From: an uncultured Bacteroidales bacterium
GTDB lineage: Bacteria; Bacteroidota; Bacteroidia; Bacteroidales; UBA932
Direction of reading: 5' to 3'
Length of the DNA: 64,000 nucleotides
Assembly (NCBI GenBank): GCA_949300335.1
Contig: CASGDV010000067.1
Span: 44,761 to 108,760, forward strand
The translations under genes were made by a program, and so were the position numbers. The notes below the pieces were generated by a model. That model did not search any database. It was not told the DNA's origin and saw only the letters and a list, made by a program, of their open reading frames with translations. Position 1 is the first letter of the stretch. Each line of letters begins with the position of its first letter. Positions 38,790-48,684 of this stretch are shown here, one piece after another.

Positions 38790-39104
38790 ATGGAAATTTA
38801 TTTTAAAGAGGAATATTTGAAGTTGTTGTATACAAATGGCGTATCAGACAAAAAACACAGATATCAGCCACATATTATACGCAAATATATTCGTATAATT
38901 GATCTTATGACAGAATTGCCGAATGTTCTGTCATTATTGAAATACAACTCTTTGAATTATGAGAGACTTCGAGGTGATAAGGCTGGGCTTTCCTCCGTGC
39001 GGGTAAATGACCAATACAGAATTGAATTTGAAGAGATAACGACAGATGGAGAGGTCATTGCAACGATATGTAATATAACTGAATTATCAAACCATTATAA
39101 GTGA
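38790..39104 (+). CDS. higB: HigB-like (RelE/ParE superfamily) toxin
   Basis: LNYERLRGD..GLSSVRVNDQYRIEF, terminal SNHY; promoter TTTG-N19-TATCTTTG at 38744-38774 supports ATG 38790. Confidence 0.88.
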   Translation: MEIYFKEEYLKLLYTNGVSDKKHRYQPHIIRKYIRIIDLMTELPNVLSLLKYNSLNYERLRGDKAGLSSVRVNDQYRIEFEEITTDGEVIATICNITELSNHYK

Positions 39105-39454
39105 ATGATATGAATAAAGAAATAGATATGGATGAAAGTAAATGTGCGAATAAAATGGCACCTGCATATCCTACCCATCCGGGTGAAATCATAAAAGATG
39201 AAATAGAATTCAGAGGTATTTCTCAACGCAAACTGGCAGACAATATGGGGCTGCAGTATTCTGTGCTTAACGAAATTCTTAACGCTCATCGACCTTTGAC
39301 TGAAAAAACAGCATTGATGTTTGAAGCTGCTCTTGGAATTGAAGCGGAACCACTTATGCGCCTCCAACTGAAATATAATATGCAGACTACTAAAAAAGAT
39401 AAGACATTCATGGAAAGATTGTCCCAAATAAGAAAAGTAGCTGCAGTGTTGTAA
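39101..39454 (+). CDS. higA: HigA antitoxin (HTH-XRE)
   Basis: PTHPGEIIKDEIE, ISQRKLA, EAALGI, LMRLQ; downstream of toxin. Confidence 0.9.
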   Translation: MNDMNKEIDMDESKCANKMAPAYPTHPGEIIKDEIEFRGISQRKLADNMGLQYSVLNEILNAHRPLTEKTALMFEAALGIEAEPLMRLQLKYNMQTTKKDKTFMERLSQIRKVAAVL

Positions 39455-39459
39455 AACCC

Positions 39460-39507
39460 GAAGGAACTAATCCTCGACAACACCCTCCTGATGGAAGGGA
39501 TCTGAAT
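39460..39507 (+). repeat. 48-bp direct repeat, copy 2
   Basis: GAAGGAACTAATCCTCGACAACACCCTCCTGATGGAAGGGATCTGAAT immediately after the higA stop. Confidence 0.95.
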
Positions 39508-39791
39508 TCATATTGATTCCTTTTTCCAAGGTACTATTCTGCATATTCTCCAATAGTGATGCCATTCCAGTCCGATAGATGTATTTTTGCCTCATCTTTT
39601 AAATGGCTTGTATCTGAACTTTTTGAAATCAAATGAATTACTCATAAATAAAGTGTGTCTGTAAAGTTGATAATTTCTTTTCCTTTACTTGACACACTTT
39701 AATTTGCAATCCTTTTTATCAGGAACATCTATTTATGACTTTTTCCAGAAGAAATAATGCATTGCAGATTGAAGGAATCTGAATCATGCAT

Positions 39792-42700
39792 TTACTGGAC
39801 ATCCTGGACAGGACGGATCCATCCAGTTTCTTTCTTGTTATTCTGGAGGTAAAAAGCCCCGTTGGTATTCCAAAGGAATCCCTGGCGTGTTATGAGGGTC
39901 CCTTCATCATTAGTGTAATCTTTGTAAATACCGTCGTTCCACATAGAAAATGCTGTCTGGCATATATACTGGTCCGGACGCAGATTCGGGAATTCCCTTT
40001 GGTATTCCTCCCACTTAGGGTTCCACCAACCTTCCTTCACATAATATTTGGCATAAACAGTATATGTCGGCCATTGCTCAAGCGTCAGACGCGAAGTCAT
40101 GATCAGAAGCTCCCTCTGGTTCGGGATCCGGTAGCCTTCTGGACTTGGGTCATGGGTTTGATAATATTCCCATGAATAACGATTTATCCATTGATATCCG
40201 GCTTCATTGTAAGAATTGTCGTTTTTGCCCCCGTCTCTTGTTTGTAACGGACTTGCAAAGCAGTCTTTATGAACGCGGAATTTTGCATAGGGACGGTTTA
40301 TGTCGCTCCGTTCGTCATGATTCGGCAATTCCGTCACATACGAAGTGCGCCTTGCCTTGACATTCATGTTAGTCATGTCTATAAGATAAAATCCGTTTCC
40401 TTCATCTGTTATTTCAACCAGATCTTCAGGAACAGTTTCAGGATGGTCCAGACTGAGTCCCAGATTCCTTACGCACCGGTATGAAAATTTCGTGTTTTTT
40501 ACTCCATTGTCATCTATGGAACCGCCCGAGCCACCGCGGGAAGCTCCTTCTTCCGCCCACAGAATCCATGAATTTTCGCCTCCGGCAGATGACGAACTTG
40601 TATAGTGCCAGCGGGTTTGCTCCTCGCGTTCCGAAGGATTTGCCGGGTACAGATATGACTGTGCATCCAGGGCATATTCTCCTATGTAGATATCTGTCAG
40701 CTGGTCGATGCTGGCAAGATACCATCTGACCTCGTTGGCATCTATTTCATTGTTTCCATTAAGGTCTCGGTTGCGGAGCAGGCAGGCATATGCTGCATTG
40801 TTATAGTCACCCTTGAGCTGGTACTGATTCCCGCTTACGTTCACAATGTCTGTCCATTTTTTGCCAACCAGCCATTTTAGGCAGTTTGCACGTCCGTTCC
40901 TTGTATCGGAACCTTGTGAAACATCACCCGGAGCCAGTCTCTCGGTCTCCATGACGGACTCGAGACCCCATGCCGTTTCGAGCTCCGGCTTGTCCACGTT
41001 GAATATCGTCCTGATGCTTCGCTGCCTGAAAGAGTACTGGGCCACAAGCGTGCTGGAATTATCGTCATGGCTGTACATAGGTCTTTCGACAATGAGGTAA
41101 ATTATACGGTCCTGCTTGTCTGACGTCAATTTCCACAATGACTTTTTTTTGTTGTCTTCCTCTCCGGTTATCGGATTCTTGAAATACAGATACTCGTCCA
41201 CGAAAACGGAAATTGTAAGTTCTTCATCGACTCCGTCTGCTTTTGCCTTTTTCAGATATTGCATGAGCTGGTTTATGTCCAGAAGACGTGCGTTCGGATA
41301 TCCGGTATAATATGGTGATAGTGCATCGTAATCTATTCCATGAGTCATACCTGTCATAGGATACGGGTCGTTGTAGTTCTGGTCGCCGGGATATTTTACA
41401 AACTGACCTTCGGGTTCACCATATTCCCTGTTGACGGCGAACTTGATCCATCTGTAGTCCCGGAGACTTTCTTCGACTTCTGTATCTCCGGTTGCCGGTA
41501 TTTCGTAAGTTCCCCTGCTGAAAGGGGTATTGATACTCCAGTATATTTTCTCACCTACGGTCGAAGGGTTGATTGTTATGAGGCATCTGTCATAATGGGA
41601 ATCGAATACATAGGCTACCTTGTCGGTAGTGACCACATCGCCTTCGTATCCCGGACGGTCTTCCTGTCCCTTTTCAACTTCCACGATTATATCTTTGACA
41701 CCACGAATCTTCACATTATAAGTGTAGAAAGTATTCCTGTCGGTGTCATAGTTGTTCATGTCAGTACCGTCAGTGCCGGTATTTCCCAAATGGATGATGA
41801 ACCTTACGTCACCGTTCATGTTTTTCCATTCGTTGTCCGGTACTGAATAGTAATTGTAAGACAGAAGTCCGGTGATTTCAGCATATGTGCTGTTCTCATC
41901 GGCATTTGTGAATATCCTGTCACCAAGGGCATCTTTCCCGTTCCATGCGTCCCTGTCTCCGTATTCCGTGACCTGATTCTTTGGCGTTTTTCTGTTTTCA
42001 GGCATGTAGAATACAAAACTGCCTCCCGTATTCAGCTTGCTGTTGCCGGGGTCGGTTGTCAGTGTTTCGAAAGGACGTTCATAAGATGTGAAATATTCCG
42101 CTCCGTCTCCGTCATAGTCTCCTGATTCGCGCTCAAGAAGATAGGTCTGCCTTGGGACACGCCTGATGCACCATGTCTTTGGAGTGAAAGAAAAATTCTG
42201 CCATGCAGGGTCTAACGGATCAGTTGTCACAATGAATTTTACCTTTGCATCCGTTCTTTTAAGCATAAGACTGCAATCCAGGTTCGATGTTCCGCCTTCC
42301 GTGCCGGGTATATTGATTGTCGTATTCCCATTTTCATCTTCAGCCAGTCCGGCCATCATGAAAATCGCATACCTTTCCACTGAATTTTCCTTCATGCGCA
42401 TGACGGTATTTTCAAGTTCAGTAAAACTGTTTATGGCATCAAGATCATCTTTTGTGATGGAATATGCTGTGGAAGTCACTCCAGGCACGGTTACGTTGGC
42501 TATTCCGAAAATCTTTACCTTGTTCAATGAAAGAGTCTCGATGTACAGACGTCCTTCTCTGGTAGAGTTGTTCAAGTAAGTGAGACCGTAACCAGGCGTA
42601 CAGAATTTGCGCGAGTGTACATTTCCCTGACTGTCGAAAATGAAAAGATAGACATTGTTCACTCTGTTTTCTGATACCGAATCACGTTCGGCTCTTGTGA

Positions 42701-42860
42701 CTATTGTATTTTCCTGAGACTTGAATGACAGTTCTATGTTGGCGGGAAGTCCCTCTTCAACAACCATGTCTTCTTTGTGAAAAAAATCTTCTTTTATGCA
42801 TGATGTCATTGCAATAATGAACATCATGGAAAGGGCGATTATGGTATTCTTGTGTTTCAT
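39792..42860 (-). CDS. Large type V pilus tip adhesin-like lipoprotein (DUF4906-like)
   Basis: Lipobox MTSC; pilin N-domain (ENRVNNVYLFIFD, LKRTDAKV, FYMPEN, RNTFYTYNV); C-terminal lectin-like motifs. Confidence 0.75.
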   Translation of the reverse strand: MKHKNTIIALSMMFIIAMTSCIKEDFFHKEDMVVEEGLPANIELSFKSQENTIVTRAERDSVSENRVNNVYLFIFDSQGNVHSRKFCTPGYGLTYLNNSTREGRLYIETLSLNKVKIFGIANVTVPGVTSTAYSITKDDLDAINSFTELENTVMRMKENSVERYAIFMMAGLAEDENGNTTINIPGTEGGTSNLDCSLMLKRTDAKVKFIVTTDPLDPAWQNFSFTPKTWCIRRVPRQTYLLERESGDYDGDGAEYFTSYERPFETLTTDPGNSKLNTGGSFVFYMPENRKTPKNQVTEYGDRDAWNGKDALGDRIFTNADENSTYAEITGLLSYNYYSVPDNEWKNMNGDVRFIIHLGNTGTDGTDMNNYDTDRNTFYTYNVKIRGVKDIIVEVEKGQEDRPGYEGDVVTTDKVAYVFDSHYDRCLITINPSTVGEKIYWSINTPFSRGTYEIPATGDTEVEESLRDYRWIKFAVNREYGEPEGQFVKYPGDQNYNDPYPMTGMTHGIDYDALSPYYTGYPNARLLDINQLMQYLKKAKADGVDEELTISVFVDEYLYFKNPITGEEDNKKKSLWKLTSDKQDRIIYLIVERPMYSHDDNSSTLVAQYSFRQRSIRTIFNVDKPELETAWGLESVMETERLAPGDVSQGSDTRNGRANCLKWLVGKKWTDIVNVSGNQYQLKGDYNNAAYACLLRNRDLNGNNEIDANEVRWYLASIDQLTDIYIGEYALDAQSYLYPANPSEREEQTRWHYTSSSSAGGENSWILWAEEGASRGGSGGSIDDNGVKNTKFSYRCVRNLGLSLDHPETVPEDLVEITDEGNGFYLIDMTNMNVKARRTSYVTELPNHDERSDINRPYAKFRVHKDCFASPLQTRDGGKNDNSYNEAGYQWINRYSWEYYQTHDPSPEGYRIPNQRELLIMTSRLTLEQWPTYTVYAKYYVKEGWWNPKWEEYQREFPNLRPDQYICQTAFSMWNDGIYKDYTNDEGTLITRQGFLWNTNGAFYLQNNKKETGWIRPVQDVQ

Positions 42861-42878
42861 GGCTTTGGAAAATTATTG

Positions 42879-43889
42879 TCAATTGAACGGAGGAACGTCC
42901 ACTGTCACTTCATTCCAGTCTGTGACTTCGAATTTCAGGTTTATATTTGCCGGCTTGCTCAACTTTGCGGAAATGTTTATCTGGGTATTCCTGGCAATCG
43001 AGTTGAGTGCACCATGGTCGTTTACAAAAGGCTGCGGATCATAAGTTATGCCGGCTTCCGTCTTGAATCCTATTGTGTAAGGAGACGGGTCAGCTGATTT
43101 TTTCCATGCATAGGACGGATATATGTAACAGATCAAACTATCTTCTCCGTTTTTCGGTATGGTTATGTTCAGCTTGTCGAATGTCTTCCCCGAATAGGTC
43201 GTATTATCAGGTATATCCAAAGATTCTTCCCTGAACAGATAGAGCATGTTTCCGAAAAATTCCCCGAAATTTATTTCGTTTATTGTAATGTCTTCTGAAA
43301 GTGTGCTCTGCATTATTATTTTCATTTTTGCGACGCTTCTTTCCAGCGTAACTCTGACTGTCTGCGGAGCTCCGGTTGGAGGATTTATCGTCAGACTCTT
43401 GTTCATCCAGCTCATCGGCAGGCCGCTTTCGGGAAATTCCGACCCTCTTTTAGGAAAATAAATACGCGATTCATCTTTTATCAGGACCTTTCTTGTTTTG
43501 TTGCCGGCATCAACAACATCGTTTTGCAGATTGCTTAGTTTGTCGTAGTCTTTTCCCAAACTTGCTTCATTGGCAATAGCGTACATCTGAATCAGCCCCA
43601 CCGGTACATTGTCAATGATGATTGTACCGCCGCTATTGTCCAGTTCCGTTTTTGTAAAAGTCCGGTTTATGCTTTTAGCACTCTGTGACAATATAATGAT
43701 ACGAAGATTGTTTATAGCATTCTCATCACCATTGACAGGTACTTTCGTAGTGGCCTCAAGCATCGGGATATTCAATGCAATCGATGTCGTCTGTCCTGTT
43801 GTACCTACGTCTTCCTCTTTTGAGCAGGAGGTAACGCACAGGCAGAACGCAAGCATCAAGGCCGTGATTATGTTGAACAAATGTCTCAT
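42879..43889 (-). CDS. Type V pilin (FimA/Mfa-like minor fimbrillin)
   Basis: Lipobox TSCS; ENAINNLRIII, YAIANE, LERSVAK, IARNT, terminal W..V.V.VPPF. Confidence 0.78.
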   Translation of the reverse strand: MRHLFNIITALMLAFCLCVTSCSKEEDVGTTGQTTSIALNIPMLEATTKVPVNGDENAINNLRIIILSQSAKSINRTFTKTELDNSGGTIIIDNVPVGLIQMYAIANEASLGKDYDKLSNLQNDVVDAGNKTRKVLIKDESRIYFPKRGSEFPESGLPMSWMNKSLTINPPTGAPQTVRVTLERSVAKMKIIMQSTLSEDITINEINFGEFFGNMLYLFREESLDIPDNTTYSGKTFDKLNITIPKNGEDSLICYIYPSYAWKKSADPSPYTIGFKTEAGITYDPQPFVNDHGALNSIARNTQINISAKLSKPANINLKFEVTDWNEVTVDVPPFN

Positions 43890-43902
43890 AACTGTCCTTC
43901 GT

Positions 43903-44874
43903 TTATTGCCATGATATGGATGTGTTTTCTTCATCCCAAGGATCAATGCTCACATTAACCGTAAGTTGTCCTCCTTTGACCGTCAGGATGTATCTGTAGC
44001 TTTTCCCGGCTTCCCATTTTGAGGTCGTGGATGTATTTAGGCTTATTGTGGAACTCTGTGATGTTGATTCTCCCAGATATCTGTATTTTATATACATTTC
44101 AGCATCAGTCAGCTCATTGCCCGGAATGACAAGAATGTCGCCGAATACATCCTTTTCCATGCCTGCCGTCCTGTTCAATTCGAAAGAAGGTACTTCAAAA
44201 GGGGTGGCTGTTTCAGAAGATACTGATGTCACATCCCAGTTTGCAATAGTTCCGGAACCTACCTGTTTGCTAAGATTACCTTTGTATCCGAAACCGTAAA
44301 CCTTGAAATTCTCTACAGTTACTGAGGTATTTTCTGACTTGACAATGAATTTCAGTCTTGCAAGTTCATGCGAAAATTCAAGACTGACAGGTTGGGGCCG
44401 ATTATTTTCATCGTACTGTATTCCATTGCTGCATGCCGTCATCAGATCTATCGCGTCCTCTCCTGTCCCGGAGCAGTCGAAACCGGTGACGGAAAGATTT
44501 CCTTCCCGGTCATAGGATACGGTACCGCCGGTGATGGCCGGATGCAGGGCATAGAAATCATAAGTTTCTCCCAATATCCAGAATCTTGTGCCGTCCGTAT
44601 AGTCCCATCCGGCATCCTTGTGGATTTCGGTTGCATCGAATATCTGGGATGCACCTGAGCCGCCGACAGTGTGCCAGCCCCATACATTGAAATTAGTCAG
44701 ATCATCTTTAGTGTCTACGGCAGCCTTTGTTTCAGCTTCGGGTGCCATGAAACTGATTGCATTTTCTTTTCCTCCAGACTCGCCGCTAATGACTCTGCTG
44801 CAGGAAATAGAAAACATCATTGCCGACAAACAAAGAATAATCCTGATCATCATCATTATCCTTCTCATGATCAT
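43903..44874 (-). CDS. Fimbrillin (Mfa-like) family lipoprotein
   Basis: Lipobox ISC; TKAA, YDFYALHP, VSLEFSHELARL, WEAGKSYRYIL. Confidence 0.82.
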   Translation of the reverse strand: MIMRRIMMMIRIILCLSAMMFSISCSRVISGESGGKENAISFMAPEAETKAAVDTKDDLTNFNVWGWHTVGGSGASQIFDATEIHKDAGWDYTDGTRFWILGETYDFYALHPAITGGTVSYDREGNLSVTGFDCSGTGEDAIDLMTACSNGIQYDENNRPQPVSLEFSHELARLKFIVKSENTSVTVENFKVYGFGYKGNLSKQVGSGTIANWDVTSVSSETATPFEVPSFELNRTAGMEKDVFGDILVIPGNELTDAEMYIKYRYLGESTSQSSTISLNTSTTSKWEAGKSYRYILTVKGGQLTVNVSIDPWDEENTSISWQ

Positions 44875-44943
44875 TCAACTCCTTTTAACATTTTGACAAG
44901 TTGTCTTGCTGATGCGGATATCCTGTACCGCATCGCATCGTGG

Positions 44944-44978
44944 TGGCTGCAGGGGGAACATTCAACCCCCTGCAGCCA
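44944..44978. terminator. 13-bp perfect GC stem-loop 3' of the putative major pilin gene
   Basis: TGGCTGCAGGGGG (44944-44956) / CCCCCTGCAGCCA (44966-44978); no T-run. Confidence 0.6.
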
Positions 44979-44999
44979 GTATTCTCTGTAGCCGGATGA

Positions 45000-45980
45000 C
45001 TATGGAGCAGGTGTAGTAGGTGTCGTGTCTACATTTCCGGCATCTTCCCAGATTTCCACTGTAGGAGTGAATTCGATTTTGACTTCATCGCCAGTACTAT
45101 CAATGACTTCTTTCAATGGAACATTGGCTATATAGTTGTATCTATATCCTGGGGTCCAGGTGTTGGCAGTCAAACCGGAATCCGAAATGTTATGTTCTAA
45201 TGTTGCTTCGAAGTTAGCTGTTCCTGTGGATTCACCGTGTATGGTTGCCGTGAAAGTTACTTTCAAAGCGTCAGTACTTTTTTGAGGAATGACAAGTTTT
45301 ACCTGATCGGATGAAACTCCTGAGGATATTACTCCTGAATTCGATAGTTCGCTATAAGAATATCCCTCGTTAGCACTTCCTGTCCATGTGGCAGTTCCGT
45401 TATATTCCGCAGTTGCCGTGGAAACAGCTCCGTTTATCTTGACATCTGTTATTGTCATTTTGTACACTTCCGCTGCATCGGTGGTAAATGTAAGCTTTAC
45501 CTGGCTGAGCAGATGCTTGAAGTTTAAAGATACTGGGTCTTTTGAACCGATATATGTATCGGCATCAACTCCGTCAATTACTGCCGCAACAAGGTCTTTA
45601 GAGTCGTCCGGTGTATATTCTTCGAATGTCAATGTTTTTGTGGCCGGGTCAAATTGAGCATTGGCGATTTCACCGTTTGCACCGTCTGCATATGCTCCGA
45701 AAGCGTAGGTCATGCCCGGCTTCCAATAATAAGCAGTAGTGCTTATTTCATTATTAAAAGCTGTTCCCTCCCATGCAGCGGTGCCGTCATCATACTTGCC
45801 GAAAACATAGAATCCGGTACCGAGAGTGCTTGTATTAACTTCGGTTACAGCCTTTGTCGGTTTGCCGACAAACGGACTGAAGCCGATTGCCCTGTCCTGT
45901 GATACATCGACAATCTGTGTCTTTGTACATCCTGCCATTGCCAGACATGCAACGGCGATTCCTAAAATACTCTTTTTCAT
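45000..45980 (-). CDS. Fimbrillin (Mfa-like) family lipoprotein, probable major pilin
   Basis: Lipobox MAGC; AIGFSPFVGKPTKA, VSLNFKHLLSQV, WTPGYRYNY. Confidence 0.82.
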   Translation of the reverse strand: MKKSILGIAVACLAMAGCTKTQIVDVSQDRAIGFSPFVGKPTKAVTEVNTSTLGTGFYVFGKYDDGTAAWEGTAFNNEISTTAYYWKPGMTYAFGAYADGANGEIANAQFDPATKTLTFEEYTPDDSKDLVAAVIDGVDADTYIGSKDPVSLNFKHLLSQVKLTFTTDAAEVYKMTITDVKINGAVSTATAEYNGTATWTGSANEGYSYSELSNSGVISSGVSSDQVKLVIPQKSTDALKVTFTATIHGESTGTANFEATLEHNISDSGLTANTWTPGYRYNYIANVPLKEVIDSTGDEVKIEFTPTVEIWEDAGNVDTTPTTPAP

Positions 45981-46027
45981 AAATTTATTATAATTGAGTT
46001 AAACATAATATGTTGTTATTGTAAAAA

Positions 46028-47056
46028 TCAGTTCAGAGGCAGTTCGATGTCCTCGAATTCGCCCCAGCCGTCGACATTCACGTCAAAGCCTCCCGAGCCT
46101 TCCATGCCGTCCTCGTCATCGATTACTATGTCCTGTATCACGATGACTCCTCCCCTCGGCTGGACCTTGACCTGGTCCGTGACGTCATAGTCGAACGTCA
46201 GTATCTTTCCATTGTTGAGCCTTACTTCGAGATTCAGGTTGAATCTGTGATTGTCCCGGGCCTGTTCCGGTATAGGGTCTGCATCCGGAACTCCGAATGA
46301 GAGCACCTGAGTATGGATTCCGAGTTTCTGGTCGACTATACAATCGTCAAAAAGGATTGTGGCGATATCTTCCGTCGTCCGTCCAGTCTGAAGGTATACG
46401 CTTCCCGCCATCCCTGACAGTGCTCCGCGGGCAAGGGCAACATAATTCAGTCCGCTCTTGAACATGAAATGTATGATATAGTTGTATGTCAATGGTCTCA
46501 TGAAAGCGGAAATCTCCGTTTCTGTAAGTGACTCCTCGGCCTGATGTTCCGCTATGAAGCATCCGAACAATTGGTCCGGTGCATTTACAGTCGTTTCCTC
46601 GCTGAAACGGGTATTGTATGTGGAACGAGTTCTTGTCCTGGTGCCGGCAACGGCTGTAGCCAGCAAACCTTCATTTTCAAATACGATGTATTCAGTATCG
46701 TTGTTGTAGAACAGTATGTCGTGAGTTCCCGGACGCATGTGGAGGCGTCCACCATCGGTTTCAAGATTTGATTCGTTGTCAAGAATACCGTCTGTAAATA
46801 CCTGGGCGCGTATACCGGTCGCAGGCTCCGGACGAAGGTCGTCATAACTGAATCCGAGTACTCCGCGCCATCTTTCTTCCCAGTTTTTGGATACATTCCT
46901 TTCCCATTCACGTTCCCATTCTGCCTTTGTCACGGCACGTACCTTAAGGGAATGGGCGTCATGATTGTAGCATAATTCCTTTCTGCAACTGCCTGTGACT
47001 GCTGCAAGACTGAGAATTATAAAGACTGTTTTGATGGCCGGCATGAGTCTTTTCAT
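46028..47056 (-). CDS. DUF5119-like pilus anchor/assembly lipoprotein
   Basis: GSCRKELCYNH, LFYNNDTEYI, DVTDQV, GGFDVNVDGW. Confidence 0.8.
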   Translation of the reverse strand: MKRLMPAIKTVFIILSLAAVTGSCRKELCYNHDAHSLKVRAVTKAEWEREWERNVSKNWEERWRGVLGFSYDDLRPEPATGIRAQVFTDGILDNESNLETDGGRLHMRPGTHDILFYNNDTEYIVFENEGLLATAVAGTRTRTRSTYNTRFSEETTVNAPDQLFGCFIAEHQAEESLTETEISAFMRPLTYNYIIHFMFKSGLNYVALARGALSGMAGSVYLQTGRTTEDIATILFDDCIVDQKLGIHTQVLSFGVPDADPIPEQARDNHRFNLNLEVRLNNGKILTFDYDVTDQVKVQPRGGVIVIQDIVIDDEDGMEGSGGFDVNVDGWGEFEDIELPLN

Positions 47057-48324
47057 CTCGCACCTCCTTTTTTATACCCTATGCGCCATGCCAGAGCAAG
47101 TTTCAGTTTCAACGGACCGAAATAGTTCAGTGCCGATGTCTGCTGGTAAACATAGCATTGGTCAATAGGGATATATTCCCTGTATCTTGTATACATGTAT
47201 CCGACACCGACTCCCGCTTCCAGAGAAAGCACCTTGCCGATAGGGAAAACATATCCGTAGCTTATACCTGCATATCCGCCTTCTCCCTGATAGCCTCTGT
47301 AACCGTTTTCAAGGTCATACAGTCCTCCGCCTATAAAGGCTCCGAGATAATGCCCGTGGTACGGTTCGCTTGTCTTGAACCAGTATCTTGCCTCCGGACT
47401 GACATTAGCCAGCTGATAGTATTTATGCTTGCTGTCGCGTGACCACCAGGATACGTTTCCTTCCAGGGCAACTGACCATTTTTCGTTTATTCGGTATTCT
47501 ATTTCAAGTGACGGAGAAAGCAGACAGTCATATAGGAGATTCGTCTTCAGTACCCAGGGACTTTCCACATAGATTTTAGTCACCTCTGTATTAGCCACTA
47601 CCTCTGTTTTAGCCGTTTCGGGTTCTGCAGCGATTGTTCCCGTTGCATCAGGGGCTTCATTTTCAGCTGCCGCATCCTGAACAATTTTCTCTTCAGATTC
47701 TCCGGTGCCGGTCTCATTTTCTACCGTCATATCGGTTTCGCCGGTATCCTCCTCCATAAGCTCTTCTGTATTTTCAATATCGGCTTCCTCTGCATCCTCT
47801 TCAATAGTTTCCGGGGTCAAGGTTTCGTCTGCCGAGGTTTCTGCAGGGATGCTTTCCGGAACGGTAATGTCCTCCGGTTCATATCCTTCGACATATTCCA
47901 GACCTATTATGGCAACAATATCTTTTTGTCCTTTGTATGCAGTCGTGTAGTTTTTTGTCCTGTAATAGTCCTCCTTCATGCCGTGAAGGGTGATGAAGTA
48001 TGATTTGACCTGGTTCGTGCGGTTTTTTGCTGCGGCCCTGTTCGCTTCTTCCGTAGGGTAGGAACTGCAGTATCCTCTTATAACTATATATGCCTTTCCG
48101 GAACAAATTTCGTCCCGGTGACTGTCAATAAAATCCACAGCTTCCCTGATCGCCGGTTCATTGTCAAGAAACGGAGAGTAGAACATGAGTCTTTCAGGAA
48201 CGAACCGGAATATTATCGCGGTGTCCCTCTCATGAATAACCGATTTGTAGTCATTGCCAAATATCTGTTGTGTTATGAGTACAGAAAACAGCAATGTTAT
48301 CATACATTTACAATGTTTTACCAT
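47053..48324 (-). CDS. DUF3575 beta-barrel protein with OmpA-like N-domain and acidic linker
   Basis: LKTNLLYD, PEARYW, GISYGY, LEAGVGVGY, YFGPLK; E/T/A-rich linker. Confidence 0.82.
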   Translation of the reverse strand: MVKHCKCMITLLFSVLITQQIFGNDYKSVIHERDTAIIFRFVPERLMFYSPFLDNEPAIREAVDFIDSHRDEICSGKAYIVIRGYCSSYPTEEANRAAAKNRTNQVKSYFITLHGMKEDYYRTKNYTTAYKGQKDIVAIIGLEYVEGYEPEDITVPESIPAETSADETLTPETIEEDAEEADIENTEELMEEDTGETDMTVENETGTGESEEKIVQDAAAENEAPDATGTIAAEPETAKTEVVANTEVTKIYVESPWVLKTNLLYDCLLSPSLEIEYRINEKWSVALEGNVSWWSRDSKHKYYQLANVSPEARYWFKTSEPYHGHYLGAFIGGGLYDLENGYRGYQGEGGYAGISYGYVFPIGKVLSLEAGVGVGYMYTRYREYIPIDQCYVYQQTSALNYFGPLKLKLALAWRIGYKKGGAR

Positions 48325-48629
48325 TATAGATGAATTTACGTGTGTTACTGGATTCTTAACAAACAGTTTTTTGTAAGGTGTTTTAAAAACAAATGGTTAC
48401 AGGATTTTCAGTACACATTCTTTCGGTTAATGATTTCTGTCAAAAAGTTATTATTTTCTTTCATCACTCTTGTGCAAATTTATATTTTAATTTTTCCAAA
48501 AGCAAACATAATTTTGAATTTTTCAAATATTTTATGGGGGGGGGTGTTCATTATCAATTACTTACGCTAAAATCAGAAAACCGCTGATTTTGAATTTTTA
48601 TAAAACGAAGCCAACTTTACTTATCTTTG

Positions 48630-48679
48630 TTCAACCGGTTGAAATTAGTTTGGAGTTTCATATTTTATTTTTAAATTTG
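48630..48679 (+). promoter_or_regulatory. btu operon promoter preceded by 14-bp palindrome
   Basis: TTTG (48649-48652), N19, TAAATTTG (48672-48679); TTCAACCGGTTGAA at 48630-48643. Confidence 0.7.
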
Positions 48680-48684
48680 CTGCC

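Noticed and set aside
39649-39701. TAAAGTGTGTC/GACACACTTTA inverted repeat as AraR site or recombination site
   Set aside because: Spacing does not fit the N5 operator; most simply a hairpin between convergent transcripts
39500-42860. Complete diversity-generating retroelement at the pilus tip gene
   Set aside because: No reverse transcriptase, accessory gene or template repeat seen in the window
48330-48620. Invertible (phase-variable) promoter for the pilus operon
   Set aside because: No convincing inverted repeats bracketing the promoter were found by eye, and there is no adjacent recombinase
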